Source of the DNA: Chthonomonas calidirosea
GTDB lineage: Bacteria; Armatimonadota; Fimbriimonadia; Fimbriimonadales; Fimbriimonadaceae
Assembly (NCBI GenBank): GCA_945859975.1
Contig: CAMAPH010000001.1
Coordinates: 64,001 to 128,000, forward strand
Length of the DNA stretch: 64,000 nt
Reading direction: 5' to 3'
The notes below the pieces were generated by a model that was not told where the DNA came from, ran no database searches, and worked only from the letters and a program-made list of their open reading frames with translations. Made by a program: the position numbers and the translations under genes. Within the stretch, counting starts at the first letter, position 1, and each line of letters begins with the position of its first letter. Positions 9,593 through 18,982 of this stretch are shown here, piece by piece.

Positions 9593-11455
9593 GCCTGCGA
9601 CCACGCCCCGAAGGTAGCCCACAAGGAGCGCGATATCGGACGGGCGCACACCAGGCACGCGCGACGCTTGTCCAACGGTGACTGGCTTGATGCGCGACAG
9701 CTTTTCGCGACTCTCGTAGCTCAGGCCATTCATCGCGTGGTAATCCCATTCCGACGGAATCGGCATATCATCGAGCTTTCTTGACTGGTTCGCCAGCTTC
9801 GTTTGCTTATCGATATAGCCGTCAAATACGGCGGCAAGCTCGATCTGCTCCAGCACGTCTCGATCGGTCGAGATACCGAGGTTTGGGAACATCTGAAGCA
9901 CCCCGGCGAGACGCAATTCGGGACGCTTGACCAAATCGAAAAGTGATGCTTTGCTCGCGAGCGGCTTACTTCCGAAGGCAGTCAGCATTTCAGAATCAGC
10001 TGGGAATACGAAGCGATTTTCGAGCTCGGCGCGACCACGAGCGATCGCCTCTTGCTTCGTCTGGAATCGCTCCCAGCGCATTTCTGAGCACAGGCCAAGC
10101 TCTCGCGCCATTGGGGTTAGCCGGACATCGGCATTGTCGTTCCTCAAAAGCAGGCGATGCTCGGCGCGAGCCGTGAGCATTCGGTACGGATCGTCAACGC
10201 CTTTCGTGACAAGGTCGTCGACCATGACGCCGATAAAGCTGTTATCTCTCGGGAACCAGACGGGCGCCTCGCCTTCGGAATACTTGGCCGCGTTGATGCC
10301 CGCCACAATGCCCTGCCCGCCCGCTTCTTCGTAGCCGCTTGTACCGTTCAACTGCCCTGCCAAAAATAGGCCAGGAACATGCTTCGCCATGAGCGCAGGG
10401 GAAAGTTGAAGCGGATCGACCATGTCGTACTCAACCGCGTAGCCTGGTCGGATCATCTCAACATTCTCGAGCCCACCGATGGTCTTCAGAAGAGCAAGCT
10501 GAACATCAGCCGGGAGGCTGGTGGAAACGCCCTGAACGTACACTTCTTCGCCCGTCCAGGTCTCCTGCTCCAGCCAGACCGGGTGGGAATCCTTGTCTGC
10601 AAACCGGACAATTTTGTCCTCGATGCTGGGGCAGTATCGCGGTCCAACGCCTTCGATTTGGCCACCGTACATGGCGCTTTGGTGCAGGTTCTCGTGCACG
10701 ACCTCGTGAGTCGCGAGAGACGTGTGCGTTTGCCAACACGGCAACAGGTCGTGCTTCGGCATCGTTCGAGAGTGAAGGAAGCTGAACGGACCCGCGTCGT
10801 CTTCGCTCGGGGTTTCAAGCGTCTTCGTGAAGTCAACGCTCGAAAGCCTAATCCGCGGCGTTGTTCCGGTCTTGAACCGGCGGATATGAAAACCTAGATC
10901 GTGCAGCGATGCGGATAGCCCGATTGAGGCTTGATCGCCGTGACGCGCCGCGACGGTCTTCTCTTTTCCGAGATGGCAAAGCCCGTTCAAAAAAGTTCCG
11001 GTCGTCAGAACGACGGCTCTCGCGGAGATCACCGTTCCGTCAGCGAGTTCCACTCCGGTTACCGCTCCATTTTCGGTGACTACCCTCTCCACGCTTGCGG
11101 AAATCAGCGTGAGTCCGAGTTGGGTTTCGACCACCTGTCGCATGTACTGCGGATAGAGGTCCTTACAAACGTGAGCTCTGATCGTCTGAACCGCTGGTCC
11201 ACGTCCGGTTCCAACCCGGCGGATATGGGTCAGCGTGTGATCGGTCGTCACGCCCATCTGGCCACCGATCGCATCAATCTCGCGAGCAATGTGGCCCTTT
11301 GCCGGCCCGCCGATGCTGCAATTACACGGGAGATATCCAATGCGATCAAGACGCATTGTGATGCACGCCACTTTTCGGCCCATCCGGGCGGCGGAAAGTG
11401 CGGCTTCGATGCCCGCATGGCCAGCACCGACCACAATGACGTCGAACTCGTTCAC
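9575..11455 (-). CDS. mnmG: tRNA uridine-5-carboxymethylaminomethyl(34) synthesis enzyme MnmG (GidA)
   Basis: [44 protein letters not shown] motifs; 626 aa. Confidence 0.97.
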   Translation of the reverse strand: MNEFDVIVVGAGHAGIEAALSAARMGRKVACITMRLDRIGYLPCNCSIGGPAKGHIAREIDAIGGQMGVTTDHTLTHIRRVGTGRGPAVQTIRAHVCKDLYPQYMRQVVETQLGLTLISASVERVVTENGAVTGVELADGTVISARAVVLTTGTFLNGLCHLGKEKTVAARHGDQASIGLSASLHDLGFHIRRFKTGTTPRIRLSSVDFTKTLETPSEDDAGPFSFLHSRTMPKHDLLPCWQTHTSLATHEVVHENLHQSAMYGGQIEGVGPRYCPSIEDKIVRFADKDSHPVWLEQETWTGEEVYVQGVSTSLPADVQLALLKTIGGLENVEMIRPGYAVEYDMVDPLQLSPALMAKHVPGLFLAGQLNGTSGYEEAGGQGIVAGINAAKYSEGEAPVWFPRDNSFIGVMVDDLVTKGVDDPYRMLTARAEHRLLLRNDNADVRLTPMARELGLCSEMRWERFQTKQEAIARGRAELENRFVFPADSEMLTAFGSKPLASKASLFDLVKRPELRLAGVLQMFPNLGISTDRDVLEQIELAAVFDGYIDKQTKLANQSRKLDDMPIPSEWDYHAMNGLSYESREKLSRIKPVTVGQASRVPGVRPSDIALLVGYLRGVVAGSQVQK

Positions 11456-11478
11456 TTGGAAAGTGTACTAGGTTAGTT

Positions 11479-11991
11479 CTAACCGACCGACGTTTCTCGA
11501 CCTTCAAGGCAAGCCAACATCACCGCCGCCGCGAGTCCGAGCCGACGATCGAACTGACTCGCCGGCACGAGATATCGAACGGTTAGCCGATACGTGAGCG
11601 GATTCCAGTTCTGGGAGTACCGCGCAACCTTTTTCCCAGCGATCTTCAGGTCGTACTTCTGCGGGATCAAGTTGAAAAGCAATTTACGGACGATGGACAG
11701 GAGCAAGCTGTCCTCCCTGAGTTCGCCAATTTCCCGCCCCCAAGCATCGTAAATCCGAAAATCATCGTTTCCGATCTTGTGGATCACGCCGATCTTTTGG
11801 TTCGACATGAGGTCAACGATGTCGTGCGGTTGGTAGCCAATCACTTGCGGCGCCGTGAACGCACCCAGGACAGGCCGGGTTTGCGCTTCGTCGAGAAAAA
11901 CTCGGATCGGTGCTTTGATCATGAGCCCTTCCTGCTCAACCGTCAGCACGACTTTGCCGCGCTCCAGGATTCGGAGTTTCTTGCCAAGCAA
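11479..11991 (-). CDS. LURP-one/scramblase (tubby C-terminal-like) family protein; paralog of 12122..12748; true start uncertain
   Basis: Shares YDAW.REIG...ED.L.L..VR..L.NL.PQ, NP.TY.L and QFDRR.GLA.A..L.C.EGR with the upstream gene. Confidence 0.7.
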   Translation of the reverse strand: MLGKKLRILERGKVVLTVEQEGLMIKAPIRVFLDEAQTRPVLGAFTAPQVIGYQPHDIVDLMSNQKIGVIHKIGNDDFRIYDAWGREIGELREDSLLLSIVRKLLFNLIPQKYDLKIAGKKVARYSQNWNPLTYRLTVRYLVPASQFDRRLGLAAAVMLACLEGRETSVG

Positions 11992-12121
11992 GCGTACGAC
12001 CTGCTTCTTCAGGAGAAGATCAGAGGCGTTGAGGATCGCAGAAAACTGCGCCTCATCTCGGGGTGAAGGAACGAGCGGTGGGTAATTGATTGAAAAGCTC
12101 CACCGCTCGCGGATTGAGTAT

Positions 12122-12748
12122 TTAGTTCTGGCGGCCTTCGATGCAGCCGAGCAATAACGCCCCGGCCAGCCCGATCCGCCGGTCGAACTGCTCCGGCGGG
12201 ACCATGAACTGGATCTTAAGGTTGTAGGTGAATGGATTGAACGTCTGCTTCAAGTCCACCGTTCTGGCACCACCAATCGTCAGGTCAAAGTTCTGCGGAA
12301 CGAGGTTCGAGAGGAATCTTCGGACCAACGCCAGGATCAAATGATCCTCTTTGATCTGGCCAATCTCCCGCTCCCAGGCATCATAGACAATCCAGGTGTC
12401 TTGGATGATGCTCTGGAGGCCCTTCCGCTCGAACACGCCGATGCGCTGGTTCGTTTCCAAGTCGACGACGTCGTACTTTGCGGAGAAGTCAATAATCTGG
12501 CGCGCAAAGATTCCGATGACCGGAACTTGGCAAGGCTCGTCGAGGCAAATACGCAACTCTTCCTTAAGCTTGAAGCCCTTTTGCTCCGCGAAAAGGACTG
12601 GCTGCTCGCCCGCCAAGAACTTAAATTTTTTGCCAACCAGCTTCAAGATCTTCCGCTTCATGAAAAGCTCGGGTTGGTTGAGGGCCGCGACCAGTTGGGA
12701 CTGGTTCGCGGACAAAGGCTGATTTTGCGAAATAATTTCGGGCTGCAT
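12122..12748 (-). CDS. LURP-one/scramblase-like protein
   Basis: QKGFKLKEEL, ARQIIDFSAKYDV, RKGLQSI..D.W pattern ending in a hydrophobic helix. Confidence 0.7.
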   Translation of the reverse strand: MQPEIISQNQPLSANQSQLVAALNQPELFMKRKILKLVGKKFKFLAGEQPVLFAEQKGFKLKEELRICLDEPCQVPVIGIFARQIIDFSAKYDVVDLETNQRIGVFERKGLQSIIQDTWIVYDAWEREIGQIKEDHLILALVRRFLSNLVPQNFDLTIGGARTVDLKQTFNPFTYNLKIQFMVPPEQFDRRIGLAGALLLGCIEGRQN

Positions 12749-12750
12749 CG

Positions 12751-13098
12751 CTACTCATCCACGCGGGAGAAGTAGATCACCGTCACCCGATGCTCTGGCG
12801 TGATCAGCTCACCGTAGATGCGGCTCATCATTGCAAGAACGTCGTCTCCGGATCGAAACTCTGGGTTCTCTCGCTCAATATCTCGCGGACTGAGTTCCGC
12901 AATTGTTTTGACTTCTACCCGATCTAATATTGCACTGTAAAGCTTTTGCCGTCTTCCAAACCTTGGGCCGACCGTAATCCAAACAATCATGCCGGTCTTG
13001 TACTTGTCCGACTTGTCGCCAAGTCGAATCGTGACGGTTTTGCGGTTGTTCCGAAGCACGTCACCGTAGAGGTCAGTGTAAAAGTTCAGGGCGTACAT
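12751..13098 (-). CDS. ASCH/PUA-like domain protein
   Basis: LNF...Y......RKTVTIRL motif and C-terminal VTVIYF strand. Confidence 0.75.
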   Translation of the reverse strand: MYALNFYTDLYGDVLRNNRKTVTIRLGDKSDKYKTGMIVWITVGPRFGRRQKLYSAILDRVEVKTIAELSPRDIERENPEFRSGDDVLAMMSRIYGELITPEHRVTVIYFSRVDE

Positions 13099-13310
13099 AA
13101 GACTTTGGTCACAGGCGGACTGTCCGGCGGACTGCCCATTCTGAATGTTTTTTCAGGATATCGCAACCAAATCCCGCAGAAACGGGACCACGCAACGTCT
13201 GTTTGAATACGTAGAGTAAAGTCATATCGGTCGGAATACGCACGAAGCTGTGCCCGCCGCTTGTCAAAATAACGGTTCCGAATGCAACGCCGCGTTCAAC
13301 TGCACACGAC

Positions 13311-13823
13311 ATGTGGAAACAAATCGCTCCTTGGCAACTGAAGCAGTTGCAGCGTCTCTCTTCGCTTGATCCCGAGCGATGCGAAACGTTTCTTAACACC
13401 CTCTTCCGGCAGGTGCCTGGGTTGTACGAGGATCTTGTGATCATGGCCGTGGATGCGAACGAACTGTCTGCCGAGAAGGCGGGTGAGCTTCTTCAAGTAC
13501 CAAGTGCCGAGATTGATGCGCGGCTGCAAGTATTCCGCCGGCTTGAAGCCGTGGCCGAGCAGCAGATCACCCGCGATGGAGAATCGCAAATTGCTCGCTT
13601 GCAGTCAGGCGGCGTTGCGATTTGGGAGATTGTTCGCGAGCTACGAAAGCTTGGATCGGTCGAACGACTCGAATCGAGCTTCCCTTCCCTTTCTCGCGGC
13701 GACATTGCGGCTGCCTTGCGCTACGCCCAAAATCACCCCGAGGAAATCGAGTCTCAGATTCGACGCTACGAGGACTCGCTGACCTTCCGACGCTCGATGT
13801 ATCCCAACGTCGTTCACCAATAA
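13311..13823 (+). CDS. DUF433-domain protein with an N-terminal UPF0175-like HTH
   Basis: LSAEKAGELL helix-turn-helix, then VAIWEIV...FPSLSRGDIAAALRYA..HPEEI. Confidence 0.7.
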   Translation: MWKQIAPWQLKQLQRLSSLDPERCETFLNTLFRQVPGLYEDLVIMAVDANELSAEKAGELLQVPSAEIDARLQVFRRLEAVAEQQITRDGESQIARLQSGGVAIWEIVRELRKLGSVERLESSFPSLSRGDIAAALRYAQNHPEEIESQIRRYEDSLTFRRSMYPNVVHQ

Positions 13824-13880
13824 CCGCATAGGCCCGAGGCCTTTGGCGGGCAAAAAGGTCGCTGGTACACTCCGCTTTCC

Positions 13881-14684
13881 ATGTTCCCGACGCTCTTTAA
13901 GTCCGGCTCGTTTGAGCTACCGAGCTTCGGGCTCTTGATGGTCATCGCGTTCTTCTCGGGTCTGTACATCGCCCAAAAGCGCGCTCCCCGCTTCGGCTTG
14001 ACTTCGGAAGATGTGATTGACTCGTTCCTTCCGATGCTCTTCGCAGGCGTCTTGGGAGCAAGAGTTATCTTTATCGCTCAAGAGTGGGGCTACTACAAAG
14101 ACCACATGAGCGAGCTTCTCACGCTGCGCTTCCAGGGGCTCACCAGTTTCGGCGGAATCCTGTTTGGCCTGATCGCCTGCATGATCTGGTGCAAGCGTAA
14201 AGGCTTCAGCTTTCCGCTTTACGGCGATCTCATCGCTCCTGCGTTCTTGCTTGGTCATGCGATCGGTCGCGTTGGCTGCTTCTTGAATGGGTGCTGCTTC
14301 GGCGGCGTTTGCCCACCCAATTTTCCGCTTGGAGTCAAGTTTGTCGGGCAGGAACTGCTGCACCACCCGGCCCAGCTTTACGACACGGCGATGAACCTAG
14401 CTGGCTTTGCCTTGCTACTCGCGTATGAGAAGCGGCCACATAGCCCAGGACAGACTTTCGGCTTGATGTTTATCCTCCACGGGACCGCGCGCTTCATCTA
14501 TGAGTTCTGGCGAGCAGGATCGGTGGAAGACGTTGCGCTCGGAAAGGCGAGTTCAACGTACATGGGTTCTTTGCCGATCACGGAGGCGCAAGTTGCAGCT
14601 CTCGTTCTGGTGGTCATTGGCGCCGTCCTCATGGCCGTGTTTGGCAGGAAAGGCATGGTTCAGCAAGAGTTGCGCACGGCATGA
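13881..14684 (+). CDS. lgt: Prolipoprotein diacylglyceryl transferase
   Basis: MFPTLF, GARV, GLTSFGG, GRVGCFLNGCCFG, HPAQLY, RFIYEFWR motifs. Confidence 0.93.
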   Translation: MFPTLFKSGSFELPSFGLLMVIAFFSGLYIAQKRAPRFGLTSEDVIDSFLPMLFAGVLGARVIFIAQEWGYYKDHMSELLTLRFQGLTSFGGILFGLIACMIWCKRKGFSFPLYGDLIAPAFLLGHAIGRVGCFLNGCCFGGVCPPNFPLGVKFVGQELLHHPAQLYDTAMNLAGFALLLAYEKRPHSPGQTFGLMFILHGTARFIYEFWRAGSVEDVALGKASSTYMGSLPITEAQVAALVLVVIGAVLMAVFGRKGMVQQELRTA

Positions 14685-15652
14685 CTTTTCGAGAACTACT
14701 CCACTCGTTTCAAGACCGCTCGGTTCTCGTCATCGGCGACGTGATGCTGGACGAGTACATCTACGGAACCGCCACCCGCATTTCGCCCGAAGCCCCGGTG
14801 ATGGTCATTCGTCACCGAGAAACCTCAGCAGTTCCGGGCGGAGCCGCCAATGTTGCGCTGAACGTTCTGGCCCTCGGTGGCCATGCGGCGATCATCGGCG
14901 TAACGGGGGCGGACGCTGCGGCGAAGGACTTCCAAGCCGCCATTTCAAACTCTGGGCTCGGCGGCAACTTTTTGGTCCAAGACCCTTCCCGACCGACCAC
15001 CAGGAAAACCCGGGTAGTTGCGAACTCCGCGCACCAAGTGCTTCGGATTGATCAAGAAGTCACCGAAGCCATTGATCGTGATGTCGAAGCGGCCCTGCTG
15101 GATCGCTTAGACTCCGCGATCGCTAATCAACGGCCAGATGCGATTTTGGCGTCGGACTACCAAAAGGGGTGCCTCACCGATTTCGTGATCTCAAGCGCAA
15201 AGGCGCGAGCGCATGACCTTGGCATTCCGTTTATCGCGAACGCAAAGCCCTCCACCGCGCATCGTTACGCCGGGGCGGCCCTCGTCAGCCTGAATAAGCC
15301 CGAGTCGGAGGCCCTGCTCGGACGCGAAATTCATCGTGAAGATGCCGTGCGTGCGGCTGAAGAGTTCAAGCAAGTAGTTGGTTGCCATCACGCCCTCGTG
15401 ACTTTAAGTGGTGACGGTATGGCGACCGAAGAGTTCTTGGTCGATCCGATTTCGGTGAATGTATTTGATCCAGCCGGCGCCGGGGACACCGCGATTGCGA
15501 CGATTGCGCTAGGACTCGCAGCCGTTGGATTCCAAAAAATCTGCTTCGATCTTGCTGCCCAAACCGCGGGTGCAGTGGTTCAGCGTATCGGAGTCGCCGT
15601 TCCAACGTCGGAAGATTTGGAACGAATAGCCTCACGAGGGTATCCTTTCTGA
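14681..15652 (+). CDS. rfaE1: D-glycero-manno-heptose-7-phosphate kinase (HldE/RfaE kinase domain only, PfkB family)
   Basis: IGDVMLDEY..G...RISPEAPV, GGAANVA, PTTRKTR, SDYQKG, GAGDT motifs. Confidence 0.85.
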   Translation: MTFRELLHSFQDRSVLVIGDVMLDEYIYGTATRISPEAPVMVIRHRETSAVPGGAANVALNVLALGGHAAIIGVTGADAAAKDFQAAISNSGLGGNFLVQDPSRPTTRKTRVVANSAHQVLRIDQEVTEAIDRDVEAALLDRLDSAIANQRPDAILASDYQKGCLTDFVISSAKARAHDLGIPFIANAKPSTAHRYAGAALVSLNKPESEALLGREIHREDAVRAAEEFKQVVGCHHALVTLSGDGMATEEFLVDPISVNVFDPAGAGDTAIATIALGLAAVGFQKICFDLAAQTAGAVVQRIGVAVPTSEDLERIASRGYPF

Positions 15653-15674
15653 TCCAAGTTCAAGGGAACAATTT

Positions 15675-15839
15675 ATGAGAGTTCGAAACAAAGAAATTCG
15701 GCAGCGACGACATCGCAAGCTGCAAAAGATCAAGGAATCTATCAAAGAAGCGATCGCAAACAAGGACGAGAAGAAAGCGTCCGCTCCTAAGGCTGCTAAG
15801 CCAGCCGCAAAGAAAGCTCCAAAGAAAGCGGAAGCCTGA
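15675..15839 (+). CDS. Small basic protein, 54 aa (below the ORF-track cut-off)
   Basis: Hand translation MRVRNKEIRQRRHRKLQKIKESIKEAIANKDEKKASAPKAAKPAAKKAPKKAEA; AAGGGA SD-like motif upstream; fills the gap between rfaE1 and the next gene. Confidence 0.75.
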   Translation: MRVRNKEIRQRRHRKLQKIKESIKEAIANKDEKKASAPKAAKPAAKKAPKKAEA

Positions 15840-15844
15840 TTCAG

Positions 15845-18007
15845 ATGCTAGGCCTCGTCTTGGGTTTAGCGGTTCTGCCCTTTGCTACGGCAAGCTCCCA
15901 GACAGAGTCGGCTTCCTTTAGCCGCGCCCAAGATACGCATATCGTTAGCCTCGAGCCGGATGAAAATTTCGGGGGCAGCGCAACACTCAGCGGCGGACCG
16001 GATCGAACTATTCTGATCCGGTTCCCCGAGATCTCTACCCTTAACGGAAACAGAGTCAAAGTCAAGTCGGCGACGCTTCGTCTAACGATCGTCGCCGGAG
16101 ACAAACCCGAGTTTCGCCAGATCGGTGCGATTAAGTCCCCGTGGTCAGAAGGTCCCTTACGGACATTCATCAAGAACTTTCAGGCCAAGCCAAACCTACC
16201 CGTTGGTACCAAGACACCTGCCCCTATCAATGCGGCGACTTGGCGTGAGCGTTTCGGCCAACGAGCGGGCTGGCAACGACCTGGAGCTCAAGGTAACAAC
16301 GACGCCACTGAAATCCCTAACGTCCAGGTGACCTCTTCGGAATCGGAGGTCCTCGTCGGTGGTCTTGGCCCTACCGTCCAGAACTGGATTTCAACTCCAG
16401 AGCAGAATTTTGGGATCGCGCTGAAGCTTGCGAACAAATTTGAGTTCGCCAGCGCGCAGTCCACGATCGGTCAGCCCACGCTAATCGTGGAGTTTGAGCC
16501 AGCCACGAGCGCGACGGGCCCTGATCTGGCGATTGACTCCGTCGAGTCAGCGGCGGACGGACTAAGCATAACCGTTACGAATCTTGGTACCGAGCCTGCC
16601 AAGTTCAGCCTGAGCGCCAACGGCGATGAGCGAACCGGAAGCGAGATTGGTAGCGCCGCTCCACTTGCCCCCGGAAAGAGCGAAACGGTTAAGGTTTCGA
16701 AGCCTGCAATATCGAAGCTTGGTGAAGATTTCGCAAAACCCATTCGAATTCAACTGGTCACTGAGGGCGCAGACGCGAATCCGGAGGACAACCATTGGAC
16801 GTTCTACGACGGCGCGCCGAGCGTACGTGTAGCCCCAGAGCAATGGGCTCAACTCAAAAAGACGACGAGCTTGTTCAACGAGCTTTTGCTACCCATGAGC
16901 CGATACTCGTGGTGCCCCTCTGGGACGTCGGCGCGGGTAAATCCTTCGCGCTCCGCTGAGGCGACCTTGCTCCCGGACGGGTCCATCAAATCCGTCGCTC
17001 TCAGCCTCGGAGCACCAGACTTTTCTGCCACCAACTTCGATCAGACGAAGCCGCCATTCTCGACATCTCGTCGAGGGTCATCAGACTTGGCTCCGGGCTT
17101 AACGGGTTACGGCGACACCCGGTTCGAGGGAACGCTGCCGGGAACGCTCACGATTCCGTACGAGCCGTCATCCAGCCCAATATTCGATGTCACGCCGCTT
17201 TCGGTCCAAGCGTTGCTACCCGCAACGGACATTGCATTTATTGACGCGAAGCACAGAGGAAAGGCGGTCGAGTTACCCAAGACCACGATTATTCGAGTGC
17301 TTGACCTCGTAGGGCGCCCAATTTCGGGAGCCGATTACATTCTGTTGAACCCGAGCACTGGCGTACCTTTTGCCGAAGGAAAAACGGGAACCGGCAGCGT
17401 GGTGCTTCCCGCAACAACGGCTGGAGAACCTGCTGGCATGCGACTCCTTCGCGTTACCAAAAATGGAGTCTCCGACGATTTTTGGATCAAGACCTGGCAA
17501 CTCGTGGACACAGCGGCTCGCGGAAATCAGGCGGTGGCGTTCCTAGAGGCGAGACTCAACCTGCCTGATCTTTCGATCGAGCAATCCGATCTTGCCAAAG
17601 GAAAATCCATTTCCAACTCGGAAAACGATCCTCCAGCAAAACTTGTTTCCTTGGTTGGGAACGGTGCACCGTCGGGCGTTACTTTCGTCGGTAAGGATCG
17701 TGCGTGGGTCGAAATTGATCTCGGGCGAGACAGAACCATCGCGGAGATTGCGCTCTTTTCTGAGGGCGATTTTTGGAAGTCATTCCAGATTCTCGGATAC
17801 GGCACCGGGCAACGCGTGGACGAAGCTTCGCCCTTCGCCATCGAAGCAGACTTTCGGTGGGCTTTTGCGAACCGAAAAGACGCCGACGGCGCGGTTCGAT
17901 ACCGAGGACCGGCACCACGAGTGCGATTCATCCGCATCATCAATCGTGGCAAGTCAGACGGCCGATTAAACCGAATTGAAATCAAAGCTGCCCAACTGCC
18001 CGGCTAA
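15845..18007 (+). CDS. Secreted multidomain protein (DNRLRE-like, CARDB-like and C-terminal discoidin/F5/8-like domains)
   Basis: Signal peptide; QDTHI..PDENFG..RTILIRF..VKSATLRL; PDLAI..VTNLG..DANPEDN; WVEIDLG..RFIRI. Confidence 0.65.
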   Translation: MLGLVLGLAVLPFATASSQTESASFSRAQDTHIVSLEPDENFGGSATLSGGPDRTILIRFPEISTLNGNRVKVKSATLRLTIVAGDKPEFRQIGAIKSPWSEGPLRTFIKNFQAKPNLPVGTKTPAPINAATWRERFGQRAGWQRPGAQGNNDATEIPNVQVTSSESEVLVGGLGPTVQNWISTPEQNFGIALKLANKFEFASAQSTIGQPTLIVEFEPATSATGPDLAIDSVESAADGLSITVTNLGTEPAKFSLSANGDERTGSEIGSAAPLAPGKSETVKVSKPAISKLGEDFAKPIRIQLVTEGADANPEDNHWTFYDGAPSVRVAPEQWAQLKKTTSLFNELLLPMSRYSWCPSGTSARVNPSRSAEATLLPDGSIKSVALSLGAPDFSATNFDQTKPPFSTSRRGSSDLAPGLTGYGDTRFEGTLPGTLTIPYEPSSSPIFDVTPLSVQALLPATDIAFIDAKHRGKAVELPKTTIIRVLDLVGRPISGADYILLNPSTGVPFAEGKTGTGSVVLPATTAGEPAGMRLLRVTKNGVSDDFWIKTWQLVDTAARGNQAVAFLEARLNLPDLSIEQSDLAKGKSISNSENDPPAKLVSLVGNGAPSGVTFVGKDRAWVEIDLGRDRTIAEIALFSEGDFWKSFQILGYGTGQRVDEASPFAIEADFRWAFANRKDADGAVRYRGPAPRVRFIRIINRGKSDGRLNRIEIKAAQLPG

Positions 18008-18025
18008 TCGCCAAAACTCCGGAAT

Positions 18026-18065
18026 AAAAAAAGTCTTCCTTCAACGGATTACCGGAAGGAAGACT
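18026..18065 (-). terminator. Intrinsic terminator downstream of tRNA-Ile
   Basis: 11-bp perfect stem AGTCTTCCTTC/GAAGGAAGACT with a 12-nt loop, followed on the minus strand by a T-run. Confidence 0.8.
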
Positions 18066-18141
18066 GGTGGGCCCGACAAGACTCGAACCTGTGACCTCAC
18101 CCTTATCAGGGGTGTGCTCTAACCAACTGAGCTACGAGCCC
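18065..18141 (-). tRNA. tRNA-Ile(GAT)
   Basis: Reverse complement GGGCTCGTAGCTCAGTTGGTTAGAGCACACCCCTGATAAGGGTGAGGTCACAGGTTCGAGTCTTGTCGGGCCCACCA; 77-nt cloverleaf with encoded CCA. Confidence 0.97.
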
Positions 18142-18161
18142 ACGCGATTTCAGAAGATACC

Positions 18162-18848
18162 TCAAAGTCCGACGCGCTGCAACAGGGGACGGACCCAAAT
18201 CTTGTAGGTCAGCAAAGGGGGACCATCCCGAAAGCCCACTACAACGCGAGGCAAGCGAAGAGGATCTGCCCCTTCAGGGACCAATCCCTTCGATAACGTG
18301 ACGCCTCTATCTAGACCGATCCGCTTCGCCACGCGAACCGTGAGATCATTGTGCGAGCCAAATGGGTAGCAAACCGATGTGATTGTAAGCCCTTCATCAA
18401 CGAGTGCTTGTTGCGCCAGAAGAAGCTCCTCAAGCACGATTCGTCGGGTTAAGCCGGCCAAGTGCGGGTGCCGATAGGTGTGATTCCCGATTTCGTGCCC
18501 GCCCCTTTCAAGCTCAAGCAGTTTTTCCATAGACGCAAGCTTTCTGGCTCGCGTCCCGTCCCAAGATGATTCCTCCAACCCGGGGACTGCGTAAAAGGTG
18601 GCCGAGAGCCCGTGAGGCTTGAAAATTTCCGGAACGTGATCGGTGGCGCATTGGTATGCGTCATCGAACGTGAAGGCGATTTCTCGAACGTTTGGGGCCA
18701 ATGCCAAGCCGCTGACGGTGCGGCCCTGAAATCCGCGTCGAAAGAAAAACTTGACGTGCTTGGCCAAAGTTTCGGGCGAGACGTTCAAAAATCGACCTTC
18801 GGCCGACTCCGGTCCGACCTTGTGATAACAAAGAATGAGGCTCGGCAT
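18162..18848 (-). CDS. Polysaccharide deacetylase (CE4/NodB-like)
   Basis: ILCYH, FTFDDAY, EIGNHT..HPHL, YPFG, LPRV motifs. Confidence 0.88.
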   Translation of the reverse strand: MPSLILCYHKVGPESAEGRFLNVSPETLAKHVKFFFRRGFQGRTVSGLALAPNVREIAFTFDDAYQCATDHVPEIFKPHGLSATFYAVPGLEESSWDGTRARKLASMEKLLELERGGHEIGNHTYRHPHLAGLTRRIVLEELLLAQQALVDEGLTITSVCYPFGSHNDLTVRVAKRIGLDRGVTLSKGLVPEGADPLRLPRVVVGFRDGPPLLTYKIWVRPLLQRVGL

Positions 18849-18982
18849 CGCTCAAGCGTGACGCGGTGACCGCTTCGCGCGTCCCAAGTATGACTGAGTG
18901 TGTCCGGTAGACATCCCGGACGGGCTCTGTCTACAATGTACGGGGGAGTTTTCCCCGGAGACGAACGGTTACGATGCGAAAA

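Noticed and set aside
13160..13205. c-di-GMP-I-like riboswitch (CAAA...GAAA...ACGCAA)
   Set aside because: Only a loose resemblance; the P1/P3 stems could not be built. An Infernal/Rfam search would decide.
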